Below the pieces are notes generated by a model. The model searched no databases. It was not told the origin of the DNA and saw only the letters and a program-made list of their open reading frames with translations. The position numbers and the translations under genes are program-made. From Pseudogymnoascus verrucosus (Eukaryota), in NCBI GenBank assembly GCA_001662655.1, contig KV460207.1: a DNA stretch of 64,000 nt; one strand, 5' to 3'. This document shows positions 1 to 12,681 of this stretch, piece after piece. The first letter of the stretch is position 1. Every line of letters begins with the position of its first letter.

Positions 1-733
1 TCTACATCTTCTCAGTAGCTTCCCTCGAACGTTTCTACGGCATTACCACGCCGGGAATAGGTTCCCAAAACTATCTCCTGTACTGTCGCCGCTTCGCGCC
101 ACAGGAAAATATAGTCAACTGGGAGACCCTGTTATAATGCGCATGATCTCTTCCACGAATTGCTTACCAGCAAAATCTTCACCCAAGTCCCCCATCCCGC
201 CAGCCTCAGCCCCAAGACTCACACACCTAACTCCTTCCGGCAGCGCCCACATGGTGGACATTTCCGCAAAAGACCCCACCTCCCGCTCAGCAACAGCCGT
301 CTGCTCGCTGTACTTTAGCAATGCAACGGCGGCGCAGCTGATAGCGGCGAACCAGATGAAGAAGGGCGATGTGTTGAGCGTCGCTCGGATTGCGGGGATT
401 ATGGGTGCGAAGCGTACTTCTGATCTGGTTCCGCTGTGTCATCCACTGTTTATCACACGTGTGCAGTTAGACCTGGAGCTTGTGCCTGGGGAAGTTTCTG
501 CTGGTGATGGCGTCGGCCAGGAAAACTATGGACGTATCGATATCAAGGCAGTTGTAGACTGCGAAGGGAAGACGGGGGTGGAAATGGAAGCACTTACCGC
601 AGCGTCGGTCGCCTCATTGACAGTGTACGATATGTGTAAGGCTGTTGATAAAGGGATGAGGGTTGAAGGATTGAGGGTAGTGAGAAAAGAAGGCGGCAAG
701 AGTGGGACATGGGTGGAAGGGAAAGGTGTTTAA
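1..733 (+). CDS. cnxABC: 3' part of molybdenum cofactor biosynthesis protein (MoaC domain; probably the end of a CnxABC/MoaA-MoaC fusion), 5'-truncated by the window
   Basis: MoaC motifs LTHL..G.AHMVDIS.K, KKGDVLSVARIAGIMGAKRTSDLVPLCHP and TGVEMEALTA..LTVYDMCKAVDK. The frame is open without a stop from position 2, upstream of the listed ATG at 137. Confidence 0.9.
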   Translation, partial: LHLLSSFPRTFLRHYHAGNRFPKLSPVLSPLRATGKYSQLGDPVIMRMISSTNCLPAKSSPKSPIPPASAPRLTHLTPSGSAHMVDISAKDPTSRSATAVCSLYFSNATAAQLIAANQMKKGDVLSVARIAGIMGAKRTSDLVPLCHPLFITRVQLDLELVPGEVSAGDGVGQENYGRIDIKAVVDCEGKTGVEMEALTAASVASLTVYDMCKAVDKGMRVEGLRVVRKEGGKSGTWVEGKGV

Positions 734-949
734 TGCCATCATGTTCACAGAGAAAAAGGTTGCATGTCCGTTATTATGAATATGCAATGCATTATATGGA
801 GCTGACAGGTAACATTGCTCTCTATGGTTCTGTTTTGCCTTGAAACTTCCAGCTCGGAATCAATAAAGCCCCACTTGTACAGTTCGAACGATTGCAAAGC
901 AATGTGGATGTGGCAGCCGAAAAGCCTACATCTTCATATCCCATTCACA

Positions 950-1883
950 TTACTTCACATCCTCGTCCTCGTCCTCATCGTCTTCCGAGTTCTCCTCTTC
1001 GTCGTCGCTCACCTCCAGCACAAACGGTGCAGGACGCGGCTCCAGGAAATAGAAACCGGAACGATGGTAACTGCCACGGGCATTTCGATCGTTCCGGTTT
1101 TTAGCCACGGATGAAGCATTGGCATCGGCCATCTCCGTTTCCATACAGTTAAGACTTCCATCCATGTCAGGGGCCTCCCAGGGCATGAATTGCGTTTGGG
1201 AATCCACAGCAGTGTCGCCCAGCCCTGTACCAGGTCCACCATCGATAGGGGAGGTTCGCCACTTCACGCCTTTTTCTTGGATGTCCACTTTGATCCTCGC
1301 CACCGGTGGCTCCAAAAAATGCCCCTGGAAACGCGACGCCTTGCTTTTGTTCTTCTTCTTTCCCTTTCCGCTCGTCGGGGCCCACTTCACGCTATTATCG
1401 CCCGCAGGTGCTCCTCCCCACAGCACCGGCTCAGCATTCTCATCTGCATTGTCCTGTTTTGGTTTTGGGATGTCCCAGCCTCCCCAGTCGATTGGTTTGG
1501 GTCCAGGCTTTGGCTGTGGCTCTCTGTGGGCGGCCTGGAGAGCCGTATATTGCGGTCCGGGAGGTGGGACGTAGTTTTGGACGTAGAGGCCCAGGCGTTC
1601 GCGTCGAAAACTGATACTGGAGTCCGAGCTGAGATAGGTGGAGTTGGTGGGCACTGGGCCTGAAGGATTTGATGTCGAAGGCCGATCTCTATTTGAGAAT
1701 ATATTTGTGAAGTTTGGGTCGGCACTGTGGGCGTCAGGCACCAGCGGCGGTTGACGGAACAATGATGATTTGATGCGGTATTCTGTCTGAATTAGAGAGT
1801 CCACCTCATTTAGTAAATTACTTACTGCCTGATTTTGACCTCACTGGTTTGGATCTAGAGCTATGCTGGTCGTTGGGTGCCAT
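950..1883 (-). CDS. Hypothetical low-complexity protein with acidic C-terminal tail
   Basis: 284-aa ORF 950-1804. Probable short first exon from the ATG at 1883, followed by a ~43-nt GTAAGT...CTAAT..CAG intron. No family recognised. Confidence 0.55.
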
Positions 1884-2205
1884 GGCGATGAAGTTTTGGA
1901 GTCAACTAGACTGACGCTGAGATGAAGTTTTGCTGCTCTGCAGTGTAAGAGAAATGTTTGTTGACCTTGCTGTGTCGAAAGTGGACCTCATTGTTCTGCT
2001 TCTTAACATTACGCACCAAACCGGTCACTTATCGTTGAAATGAGTATATTTGCTGTAGTTTCGTGTTCTGAAATATACCACAGTATCTAATTAGGTGAGC
2101 CGTGGGGTAAATAATAACAACAAATATATTGTAAAGGCCTGACATATATATCCCTCTAACTAATTACTTCAGTCACTAAATATATCGTCAGCATTATAAT
2201 TTCCT

Positions 2206-3739
2206 TTACTGCTTCTTGTTCTTTCCAGTACCCTTTGCACTCGACGAGACATGGTGCTTTCTCTCTTGCCCCTTCTCCCTATCTTTGTGGGAATGTTTCT
2301 CCTCTCCTCCCTTCACCTCATTCTTGCGCGCCGATTCACGATGTTCCGACCTATCCTTCGCAACAGCAGAGGTGGATAGCCCTGCAGCCCCAGGCAGCAC
2401 CAGACTGCTCCCATTGGCAATCGGAAGGCTACTTCTCCGCCTCTCCCTCTCATAGTCAGGCTCTGCAGGAGGTGACATTTCTCCTGTCTCGACAATCCCT
2501 TTTCCATTACCCTCCACACCCTGAGGCGATCCCAGCTCTTGTTCGACACCGCCTTGGCCGCCCATGCTAAATGCCGCCATCTTCACGGCCAACTCTTCCG
2601 CCCTCTCGGGTGCTCCCTCCTGGGCAAATTTGACCTTAAGCGCATGTTTCCTTCCATCCGAGCCTTTCACGCTCATCCCATCCAGGCGCTCTCGCACCAA
2701 GCGCGCCTGCTCCTCTGTCTGTAGAAGAATGAGCGCATGGCCCCTCTGTCGTCCATCCGCGTGTGATGGGATCTCGATTGCTTCGATTGGGTTTGTCGTG
2801 TGTGCGGGACAGGCGGCCAGCACGCGCTTTCGGATCTCTTTCTCACTGGAGGCGCCACTAGTGCGTGTGAGATGCAAACGCCGGTTTTCCAGGCGAATGG
2901 TGGTCGGTGGTGAGGGAGGGCCTGCCGGTTGCGAAAAGGGGGGAGATGTGAGAGCACTTGTCGCGGTGGGGTATGGCGCATATGCATACTGATATGTGGG
3001 CGTAGCGTTGGGTTGTTGGATGCCACCTTGGCCATACATCAATGGTTGCACGAAGGATGTTGTGTAAGTGGGCGAAACCTGTTGCAGTTTAGGATAGGTC
3101 CTAGAAAGGCGCGAGGACTCTTACCGGTCCAAACGAGTACTGATGCGGGCTTGCCACAGAATATCCGAGGGCGCTGGTTCCACAAGAGTATGCCTGTGTT
3201 GTGGCTATCTGCATTATCGGCTTATATGCATAAGCAAACTGAGAATTTTCGTTCATACTACTAGTCGTGGGAGCAATAGGTGCCACTGAATAAGAGCTTC
3301 GGGCAGAACGTGGGCTCTCCAGCGGGATGTACGATGAGGGACCAAGAGGCGTTTCTTGATCATAGTTTCTCATGTCAACCTGGAAGCGATTCCCATCCCA
3401 TTCGGCCTGTTTGAGCCATTCTACACTGGTTAGACATCTAGCCTTCCGCAATTAGGTTGCAACCCATACCTCCGAGCCTCCAGAAGTTGTCTTCGCCGTC
3501 AACACAGATCCAGCCGGAGTGTAGGCCCGCATGGATCTGGACGTGTGCGACTTGAAAACCAGCCTGGTGTACAAAATCCTTCAATTCTTGCCAGGTTCTT
3601 TTGCGAGGGATCTTAACAGCTTGGTCAGTAGGAAACCTTGGGGGACGGTTTGCAATCCCAGCACGCAGGTAATCAAGCTTACATATCCGAGGATGATATG
3701 AAATCTCCCCGTTGACGTGCCAGGCGGTGCCATCGACAT
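2206..3739 (-). CDS. RNA-binding protein with two RRM-like domains (4 exons)
   Basis: Spliced model MSMAPPGTSTGRFHIILGY|IPRKRTWQELKDFV...; TWQELKD resembles the pseudo-RRM SWQDLKD motif. The second RRM has RLHLTR...RGHALILLQ...RLDGMSV...LKVKFAQE. Three GT-AG introns join ORFs 3438-3758, 3101-3451 and 2206-3051. Confidence 0.75.
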
Positions 3740-6391
3740 ATTGAATATTAATCAACAAATGAGATCAATGATGCATATATCCAAAGCTTAGCTCGCCGGC
3801 GGAAGTGGTACAAATTTATCAAATGAACGGGAGAACTTCAAACGGAGCCCTCGTTCTACATATATCAGAGATGCCAAATCTTAGCCTGGACCGGCCCTCT
3901 TCAACATCATTCTACTACGCCCCAAAGCTAACGACTCGCGCCATCGCTTGTATTGCCGGGGCTTGTTCAAAATGGATGTACCTATATTAGAAGGCATTAA
4001 TTCGGTACAACCCAGGAAAGCCCAAGCTCATGAGGCCCTCCACCCTAAACCTGATAGCAGCTGCCAGGAGCCTGGTTGGCTGGGAAAATCCTCGACAAGG
4101 AGGCACTAAACGGATGGATGTCTTGGGGCATGGCGTGCAGCTCTCCATAAAGTGGTCTGTCAACTGAGACGGAGTTGGAAACGCCACAGAATAGGAGGTC
4201 AAGGGTACAAAAGAAACGATCGCCGTCGCATATCTCATGACGAGAGAGACCTTGCATATCTATCATATTTTGCTAAGCGACTAAATCTGATATCAAGATA
4301 TGGACGCATTGTCATTAGCGGCCCTGATGGCCATAAGCTAGTCAGAATTCTCTAGTCTGACATGTCCATTCATGTTGGACTGGATAGCGATTGTTTTCTT
4401 AGTGAAGGGGGACTACGCCCCAAGCACCAACCAACATATCAGTCCCCTACCGGCTATTAGAAGAACTGTGAGCAAACGCCTCGCGGCAGCTAGAATGAGG
4501 GTCGAATTAGGATTCGGCAACAGCTAACAGGTCTATATTGTGTTTCATGGGGAGCCGGGTGCCGTTCCGAGAATGCGTAAGATCAGACTACCTGAATTTA
4601 GCCCGCTTTCTCGCTGGCGGTACGTGAGTACCGACTAGACCAACCCCAAACCGGTGGGGAATCCCTGGGTCAAGATCGTCGCGGTCTCAGAACACTAGAC
4701 ATAATTGCATACGGCTAAGTTCCTATACTTAAGCACAGCAGCAACTCCAGTTCCCCCGCCGAAGTTGCTTCGCTCACCAAAGCCCTCCCAATCCGAACCC
4801 TAATTGCATGGGGCAATCCCAGGACACGGGTCCGCAGCTATCGCCAGCAATAGTGGACGAAATTAAGAAGCAATTCGACGAGGGCAAGATAGTGTAGCAC
4901 GGGAAATGTGCATACTGTACTGTGTATGCATGCCATGGCTGTGCGTGGGCCTTTTCTCTGGATGTTCCACTGTGAATTGCGCAGTACATATGCAAAGAGT
5001 GTTCCAGATCAGGCAGATGGGGACAAGAGACGGAATCATGTCCAATCGGCCGACTGCATCATTGCCCGTATCGGTTTGGTACGTGCGTTGCAAGTACTAA
5101 TGTATGGCGAATGGATTGCTTGCAAGGAACGAGTGGATCCTCGAATCTGGGGCGAATCTGGAGCGAAACTGGTGGGGACTGACAAGGAGGGTTACGATCT
5201 TGCCTGTGCATGCTCATGTCGGCCTGTCTGTATATGGAAAGATGAGGCCGCACTGCTTCCACATCAAGCCTCGGCTTTCCAGCCTGTCGTATTATATTTT
5301 CCTCGCATTTTTGCAACACACATTTCGCCAACGAATCCAACACAAAGACATTACATGTCCAACATCCAACAGCAGAGCCAACAAATGCAACCTCTGGATA
5401 TATCATTTTCGGGCATTTCTCATTCCTAACAATGCAACAAAGTAGGTCCCCCAATAAACCCTACTATTGTAGATTCAAGACTTGATGCAGTGGCAATGGA
5501 CGGTTTTGTCGCTCCAGGGCCGCCGATGGCATCCCTTTTCCCATATTGGCCGCCGTCAAATCCAAATCAGGAAGTGCCCTGTCTGGCGCCTGCATGGATG
5601 ATCGACTGATCTCCGGCATGGGTAGCCTTGGCCCCCGCTGCAACCTCCGGGGGCGGGCGGCGCATTGACACTAACTAGGCCTAAGTCCGGGTGCGTCAAT
5701 AAATCGTTCTGTGCTAGGCGTGAAGCTGCACCTCCTTGCGCGATGTGGAGCCTTTGCTGGCGTTACACAAGCTTTGCCGCGAACGCCCGCCTGTCCCGGT
5801 CCGTAAGCTACTTCTTGCCGGAACAAATCTAGCCGATGCCTTCAGCTTCGGATTATGGGCCGGTTAGTTCCACAGGCATCTTTCAATAGATTCACTCTTA
5901 TCGACTGTGTTCGTATACTTACACCATTAATTACTACCAATTACAGCCTTGTGTAGGACTGTACGACTGTGCTTCCAGGCTGTCGACGGTCAAAAGAAAG
6001 GACCAGTGAAGTAAGTGGACAGGGACCTCCCGTTATATTGGTCTTATATCCAGCCGCCATAACGCTGCGATCGTCCCCAATAACAATTCTGTCGTTTTAT
6101 ATTGCCCAAGGCTTTGGGCACAACGAACCACTTAATTGGCGTTTCACCTAAGATATATTAAGAATATATGGGTGTAACCTAGCCACACTGCACAATGGAC
6201 CCAACCTTGTACCCAGTTTGGTTTGTTTTGTTAAGGATTCGTTACATGGGGAAGTTCTAGCTCATTCATGAGCAGGGATTTGTTGACCGGCGTGCTCCAA
6301 CCTGGTTATACATGCTGCAGCCCTCTTCCCACACCCACGTCGAACTTCACGGCACTTCATATGCGTTCCACTCCTGCGGTCTTACCACGGG

Positions 6392-7865
6392 TTACATGGT
6401 ACCGCTCACATATCCATCCCTCCCTTTGACGATCCCATAGCATGGTCCACCTTTAGAGAACATCTTTCTCACATCCCCACATAGTTCCTCAGGTTTCTCC
6501 CATGCAGCAAAGTGCCCACCTGACTCATGCTCGACCTCCTGCACAACCGCCCCCACCATGCTGCCCCATGAATAAGGCATCGGCATCAGTTCCTTGGGAA
6601 AATGGGACAATCCAAATTTCGGCCCAGAGCTATAATCTCTAGCAGCCTGTATGAGGTGAATATCCCCGTTCTTTGGTTTGACATCCGTCGCCCTAGCCTC
6701 ATGGTAGATACGGCTCGAGGCGGCCGGTCCGGCAGCCGAGAACCAATAGATGCTTACCCAGGTTAGGACCTCGTCATCCGTCCAGGGGTATGCATCTGTC
6801 CAGTCGTGCAGCTTCTCGTAAATCCAAGCAAGCAAGGCGACCGGGGAATCGGCTTGGGCGTAACCAATCGTCTGTGGCCTCGAGGTTTGGATTACATTAT
6901 AGCCGCTCCCAGCTTGAAGGAAGGTGGAGGTTTTCGCAAGGCGCCTGCGACTTTCGGCGTAATTTGTTACGAAGTTAAACATTACCTGAAGGGTGGTGAT
7001 GGGGTGGTAGATGGCATTGGTCAAGGACGGGACGGTAGGGAAAAAGTTGAGGTGAGAGGCTTTGACTGATTGGGGGTATAGAAGGCCCTGTGATCGAGTG
7101 ATGAAGGCGCCCCAGTCGCCTCCCTGGGTCACTGGGCCTTGTTAACTAAGATACATGATACTCGCGTTGGACATACCGTATTCATCGTAGCCCAGAGAGA
7201 GCATAAGATTGTGAACCGTTTCAGCATGTTGTTTTAAGCCAAATCCTCTCTGTGGGTTGTGAGTGTGGGTTTTAGGTGGAATTTTGTAAGCATACGCACC
7301 TCCTTGGGGCCATCAGAGAACCCAAACCCTGGGAGAGACGGTGCAACAACGTGAAAAGCTGGCTGGGTCTCCGAACCTGCCGTCAGGATAGGGAGTAGCT
7401 TCGTCACTTCTATGAAGCTTCCAGGCCCTAGGAATCATTAGTTTCAAGTCGTTTATATAATTCCCAGCTGCCTCTCTAGTTACTCGGACCCATTTCCGAC
7501 ATATATCAAGCAGAAACTCGGCGTGTTAGGAAATTAAACTCACAGCCGTGAACAAATAACAACGGAATCGCTCCATCCACCTTGCTTTTCTGGTGCACAA
7601 AATGGACGTCCAGCTCCCCAAACTTCTCTGTGGCAATTTTGGTTTTGAATTGCGGCAGTTTGTTCAGTTTGGCTTCTTGCGCGCGCCAGTCGAAGCCATT
7701 ATGCCAGTACTCAGACAGTCGCTTCACGTGCGAGAGAGGGGCCCCGAGTTCCCAATTTGCATCAATGAGCTCATCTGGGAATGTAGCCAGGCTTAGCTTG
7801 TCGTGGAGAGACTTTATGGAGGATTCCGAAACGTTGATTTGAAATGGAGTTGGGGTGGCCATCAT
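6392..7865 (-). CDS. Epoxide hydrolase (EHN + alpha/beta hydrolase), multi-exon
   Basis: [30 protein letters not shown](W)PGSF, nucleophile motif [28 protein letters not shown]; canonical introns. Confidence 0.93.
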
Positions 7866-8888
7866 GTCCGGTGGCGTACGATACGGGTTCAATCGCCAAA
7901 TGGCCAATATGAGAAACGGCAAGAGTCGGTTATAGAATTGACACGGCTTGCGTTCAATTGGGTATAGTGAAGGTTGATGGGTAGGGTTGCGAGGATAGTT
8001 TGAAGGGGTTTGGAGTTGTAAATGGAGGAAGTTCAAAACAGGTGATACTCAGATGAGGGGTCTTTATGTCTTTGTATTTCTTGTTATCCCGGCCCCGGAG
8101 GCTGTTGGTTATCATGGTGTACCTGGCTCGTGATTGTGTCTCCAACAAATCCCCCCCAGGTAAATAATACGAGACTTCCACCTCCTTGTTTTAAGTTATT
8201 TCGACGGCTTCTGTTTTGGCAGAAAGAACAAACTCTATTGCGAAGAATAAACTATGCTACATACCAACTAATGTTGAGAATGTGCCTGTTCATTGTTGCC
8301 CTTGTTTTGTTTTGTTGATGCTACTTGACGATGGGCGGTAAACCGCGGCAGTATATTGGGCCTCGGCTGGGGCTATGGACAAGAACCTCCTTTCAAACCT
8401 TGGATCAAGTCGTCACATATAGGGGGAAATAGCTATACAAACACAATAATCATTTGAATACTGAAGTATTTTGCGGAATCTCTATTTCCACACTTTGTCG
8501 TTGCGTAAATATAAACTGGCCACATAAAACTTCAAAGGTTTATTTTAAAATTATTCTCAAAATTGTGGAACATTGATGAATATACGAGGAGAAAATCTTT
8601 AGTTGGATGCCTATACTATTGACGTTTTAAGAAGCCACGTAAAAATATAATATTTAAAGTTAGAAACAAGAAGAAAAGAGGAGAAAAATATTAGTGCATC
8701 AATAACTGATAAACTTTAGCCCCCCAAGTTTCCGTGCAAGGACAATTAAAAATAATCCACATGGGCAAGCATCAAAAGAAACTGCCATTCTAATTCTGAG
8801 TGTAAACCAAAGCTGCCAAAAATTCCCTGCATTCATCGCCCAGAATTCATCTCCTATTACGCTGCCATTGAATCTGCTTCCATGAAGT

Positions 8889-10343
8889 CTACCTCCTACC
8901 CCTCTCTCTGGGCGGTTCGTTGGCAATTCTTCTCACCACCGCATCCAAACTGAAAACACTCTCGTCGGTATTATCCCTCCCTGGCTCCCTCAATGACCGA
9001 GCCCTGCTTTCGCCCTCGGATTCATACATAATCGTTTCGTAATCTCTCTCATCGCTCATTGCTGACCCTTCGATGTGGTGGCGATTAAAGTCATCCCGAG
9101 TTTCTGTAACTTGGCTGTCACCTGTCGGATCCCGCGTGAAGTCAACAGGACGGCGTCGATGAATGCCCTCGAGTCTCTGCAACGCCTCTGCCCACACCCG
9201 CTCACGACTAGGCGAACTCGGAAAATGATAGTCTGGGTCTGGCTGGGAATGGTCTGGCTGGCACGGAGGTCTGTCGTCGTCCCTTTCATGCATTGGCACG
9301 GCTAATCTGGCCGAATCTGGAGAGTACACCGTCGGCAATAGAATATGCTCTTGAGATGGGCCATAAGAGAATTCTCCATTCTGCCCTCGTATAGCCTCTG
9401 TTGGCCGCAGAAATGCGCTGGTACCTCGTGACGTGTAACTCTCAGCTGTGGGAATTTGCGGCACAACTTCTGAGCGATGTCGAGAGTATGATGGATCGTA
9501 ATTGGAAATGTATGGATGGCGACTTTGAGAAGGCCGCCGTGTAGAGACTCGGTTTGGCCTTCGGTACTGGCTATTGACGCCATGTACGCGCCCTGGTCGA
9601 AGGGCTATTGACGAAGGCCGAATTTTCGACCAATCCGTGTCAACGGCACTTTGAACATCCGAGGCAGGTCCGACAAGGTTCCTCTGAGAGACGGAGGGCA
9701 TCAAGCCAACATAGTCTACCACCGTCGGGCTGGTGGAGGCTGTGTCATTTATCGTAGTGCCAAGGGAAAACTTCTTGTGCAAGCCTCGGCCAGGTGAGTA
9801 TGAGGAGCTTTCTGCCTCCATGAGCTCATTGCGAGATGCAAGCTCCAACTTCTTCTTTCGGGTGCGGCGCCATATCCAGAAACCCAAAGCAGTTGCTAGG
9901 ATGAGAATGACGCTGACACTAATAACCGTGGCTGTTATAAGCAGAGTTTTACGATTGCCAGGCTGCGGATCAGGCCTTGATTCGGGAGACGTTGTCGTCG
10001 TGGTAGGCGCTGCAACAACTGTGGGCTGAGTCGAAAGAGTCGCAGAAGCTGCAGAAGCTGTAGAAGCTATTAGAGCTGTATCTATGCATGCTGTATGTGT
10101 AACTGGCACAAATTTTGTCTCGGTAGGAATCGACGGGAGTCGTACGGTTATGAGGACATGTGTTGTATAAACCCCTGAGCCATTACTTTGTGTATCTGAG
10201 TATGTAAAGTCATTATAAAATGTGTTTGTAACTGTCGGTAGGGTTGTGAAGACAGTGCTAGTCGAAACCAGGGTCGTAAGAGTCCCCCTCCCTGCGCAGC
10301 TGGCTATCACTGCCGTCGATGCGGCCGTCTGCTCGGATGACAT
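8889..10343 (-). CDS. Single-pass membrane protein with Ser/Thr-rich N-terminal region and long disordered cytoplasmic tail
   Basis: 555-codon ORF; first in-frame ATG at 10343 (start uncertain). T/S-rich region, hydrophobic LLITATVISVSVILILATALGFWIW, then RRTRKKK. Confidence 0.7.
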   Translation of the reverse strand: MSSEQTAASTAVIASCAGRGTLTTLVSTSTVFTTLPTVTNTFYNDFTYSDTQSNGSGVYTTHVLITVRLPSIPTETKFVPVTHTACIDTALIASTASAASATLSTQPTVVAAPTTTTTSPESRPDPQPGNRKTLLITATVISVSVILILATALGFWIWRRTRKKKLELASRNELMEAESSSYSPGRGLHKKFSLGTTINDTASTSPTVVDYVGLMPSVSQRNLVGPASDVQSAVDTDWSKIRPSSIALRPGRVHGVNSQYRRPNRVSTRRPSQSRHPYISNYDPSYSRHRSEVVPQIPTAESYTSRGTSAFLRPTEAIRGQNGEFSYGPSQEHILLPTVYSPDSARLAVPMHERDDDRPPCQPDHSQPDPDYHFPSSPSRERVWAEALQRLEGIHRRRPVDFTRDPTGDSQVTETRDDFNRHHIEGSAMSDERDYETIMYESEGESRARSLREPGRDNTDESVFSLDAVVRRIANEPPRERGRR

Positions 10344-10905
10344 CAAAGTCAAGCTCACAGCCAAGGACCTCGGAAGATGTCGCCAAAAGAGCAACGGTTG
10401 TATGTAGCAAACTCTCTCACAGTGGGTAAAATAGGGCGAAGTTACCGGGGGGTAAATGTGTAAATCTTCAGCATCAAAAGCGTGGAATACCAATATCGAA
10501 ATATAGGTATTTGCACAACATCTATTAACTTTGGCTTGGATGCTGTGAGAGATCACTGCTAGTGGTCGCAGATGAATATGACCGTGTTATAAGCCTGCCA
10601 TTTAGACTAGATACGTTTGAACAAAATGACATACTCACCATAACTTCATTGCCAGATGTGTGAGAGTGACACCAGTAGGTGTCCAGTTAAATTAACTTCA
10701 CTTTGATAGTTAGATGCTAAACTTGGACGTTGGTAAAACGAGCGAAGAGTAACCATCCCATTCCCGGGATTTGCAACTGGACGCCGAAATAAGACAACGT
10801 TAGTTATATTGGGCTATATGAATGTCTCTTGTGAACGTGAGTATTAAGACTTAGACTTCGTAATATATTGTACATAACACTTATCATACAGTAAATAGTG
10901 GCCCA

Positions 10906-12512
10906 TCATGGTGATATCCCTCCGCCGAATCCAACAGGTGGGCGTTTTCCGCCCGTCTCTGGAACAACAGCCATTGCCTTATACACCTTCCCCATACCGC
11001 TTGGTCCCCGGTCGATAAGGCGTTTCCAAGCACCCTCAACTCGTTGCTTCTTTCCTTCATCAATGTTGTTACCTTTCAGCAGCATTTCAGCCCTTTCTTT
11101 AATGCCCATTCCGAGAAGAAAAAATCCCTGCTCAACGGGACCATGCACTTCAACCCCGAGAGATGCCTTTAGTGCTGTCTCAGCTAGGGCCATGAAATCA
11201 ACATCCGCAGAGAGATCGACGAGGCCCGGTGAGCTCAGAGGAGATACGCGTTGGTGGCCCTTGATTCCGCGCAAAGAATTGACTGGTATGGTATCTGCTG
11301 GGCCATAATCCAAGATCAATGCCGCACCGGATGGTTCTGCTTTCGGCTCAGCAGCCGATCCACCTATCCGCTTAGCAATCTGTTCCATGTAGGCGTGAGA
11401 CTCTGGCGAGATCTCAATCAGCGAGTCTGGAGACTTCCTGAGAGCCTTGTACCGATCTGATATCTCTGGGAGATACAAACTATGCGGTGTAGAAGCCTTA
11501 GAAAGAGTAAGCTCGAACTCTGGAGGCGGATAGAGGTCACGCTCAGATATGGGCGTGCCGAGGTCTTCATGAGTAGAATTTGGAGGTGCAGGAGAAACCA
11601 CTAATTCACGCCATTGAGGCTCTTTTGCTGCCGAGCTTTTGGCAACTTGGGGTGCAAGGTCGTGAACACCTGTAGGAGTCTCAATCTTAGTTTGCGAAAC
11701 TTCGGACGGGGCAACCGATTGAAACGCGTGGATCGGAAGAGCGTCGAAGAATTCATGAGCGATAATAAATGGTGATTTTGAGGGGGATGACGGAACAAAG
11801 CGAATATTCTCAGTCCATATTATAGGAATGTTAGCGTATTTGCTTATGCTCCTGAAGCCAATTTCGTGATCCTCCATCGGACAATCTCCACACAGGACCT
11901 GCCTCTGTGTTTCTCGCAATGCTGGGCTCGCCTCCACCATATATACGGCCTCAATAGCAGCAACCATCGGTTTGAAGTTCTGAATAGTCTACAGAAAGTT
12001 AGCTTTGCAACGTCAAGGTTCAACAATACTGACTCGAAGCATATCATCCATCAAGGTTCCTCTTCCTGGGCCAATTTCAACCAGCTCTATGCCAGCGCTC
12101 TTCTTTCCCTGTGCCATCCACTCTGCCACAAACCATATACCGATCAATTCGCCAAAGACTTGTGATATTTCTGGAGATGTAACAAAGTCGCCCTTCTGAC
12201 CAAATGGATCGCGGCCCTCTTGTTTCTCCATGTAATAACCCCCAAGGTCCGCAGTCAAACACATTCGCATGAAGCTCGCCAATGGAACTGGTCCAGTAGC
12301 CTATAAAATGGTCAGTCTGTAATAGGTTTTGAATGGATTGCTCTTACTGTGATAGCTTCTGAGAGCTGTTTTGCCAGAGGCGTTGACCATTTCCGATCCT
12401 CACCAGACGACATCCATCGCCTCGAGGACAATGTCAATTGCGCCGGTAACGTCCTGCTCCTCTGGACCTGCCTCATGCAGGTCCTTGTAGCCAACATAAC
12501 ATTAGATCTCAT
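10906..12512 (-). CDS. NDUFAF7: Mitochondrial protein arginine methyltransferase NDUFAF7/MidA (3 exons)
   Basis: Presequence-like N-terminus; GGYY...[62 protein letters not shown]. Confidence 0.93.
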
Positions 12513-12681
12513 GGTATTACTCTCCAACCTCACATCGTAGGAAACGGTTGTCGTCGGGGACTTGCCGCCGTTAAGTGCTTGGGCATTTTCGCGATAAGCT
12601 ATCCCAAAGCTCCACCCAAAGTTTATCTCGCGACAGAGCCGGTCCGTACCAGTTTCCAACGACAGTCACCCACCGACATAG

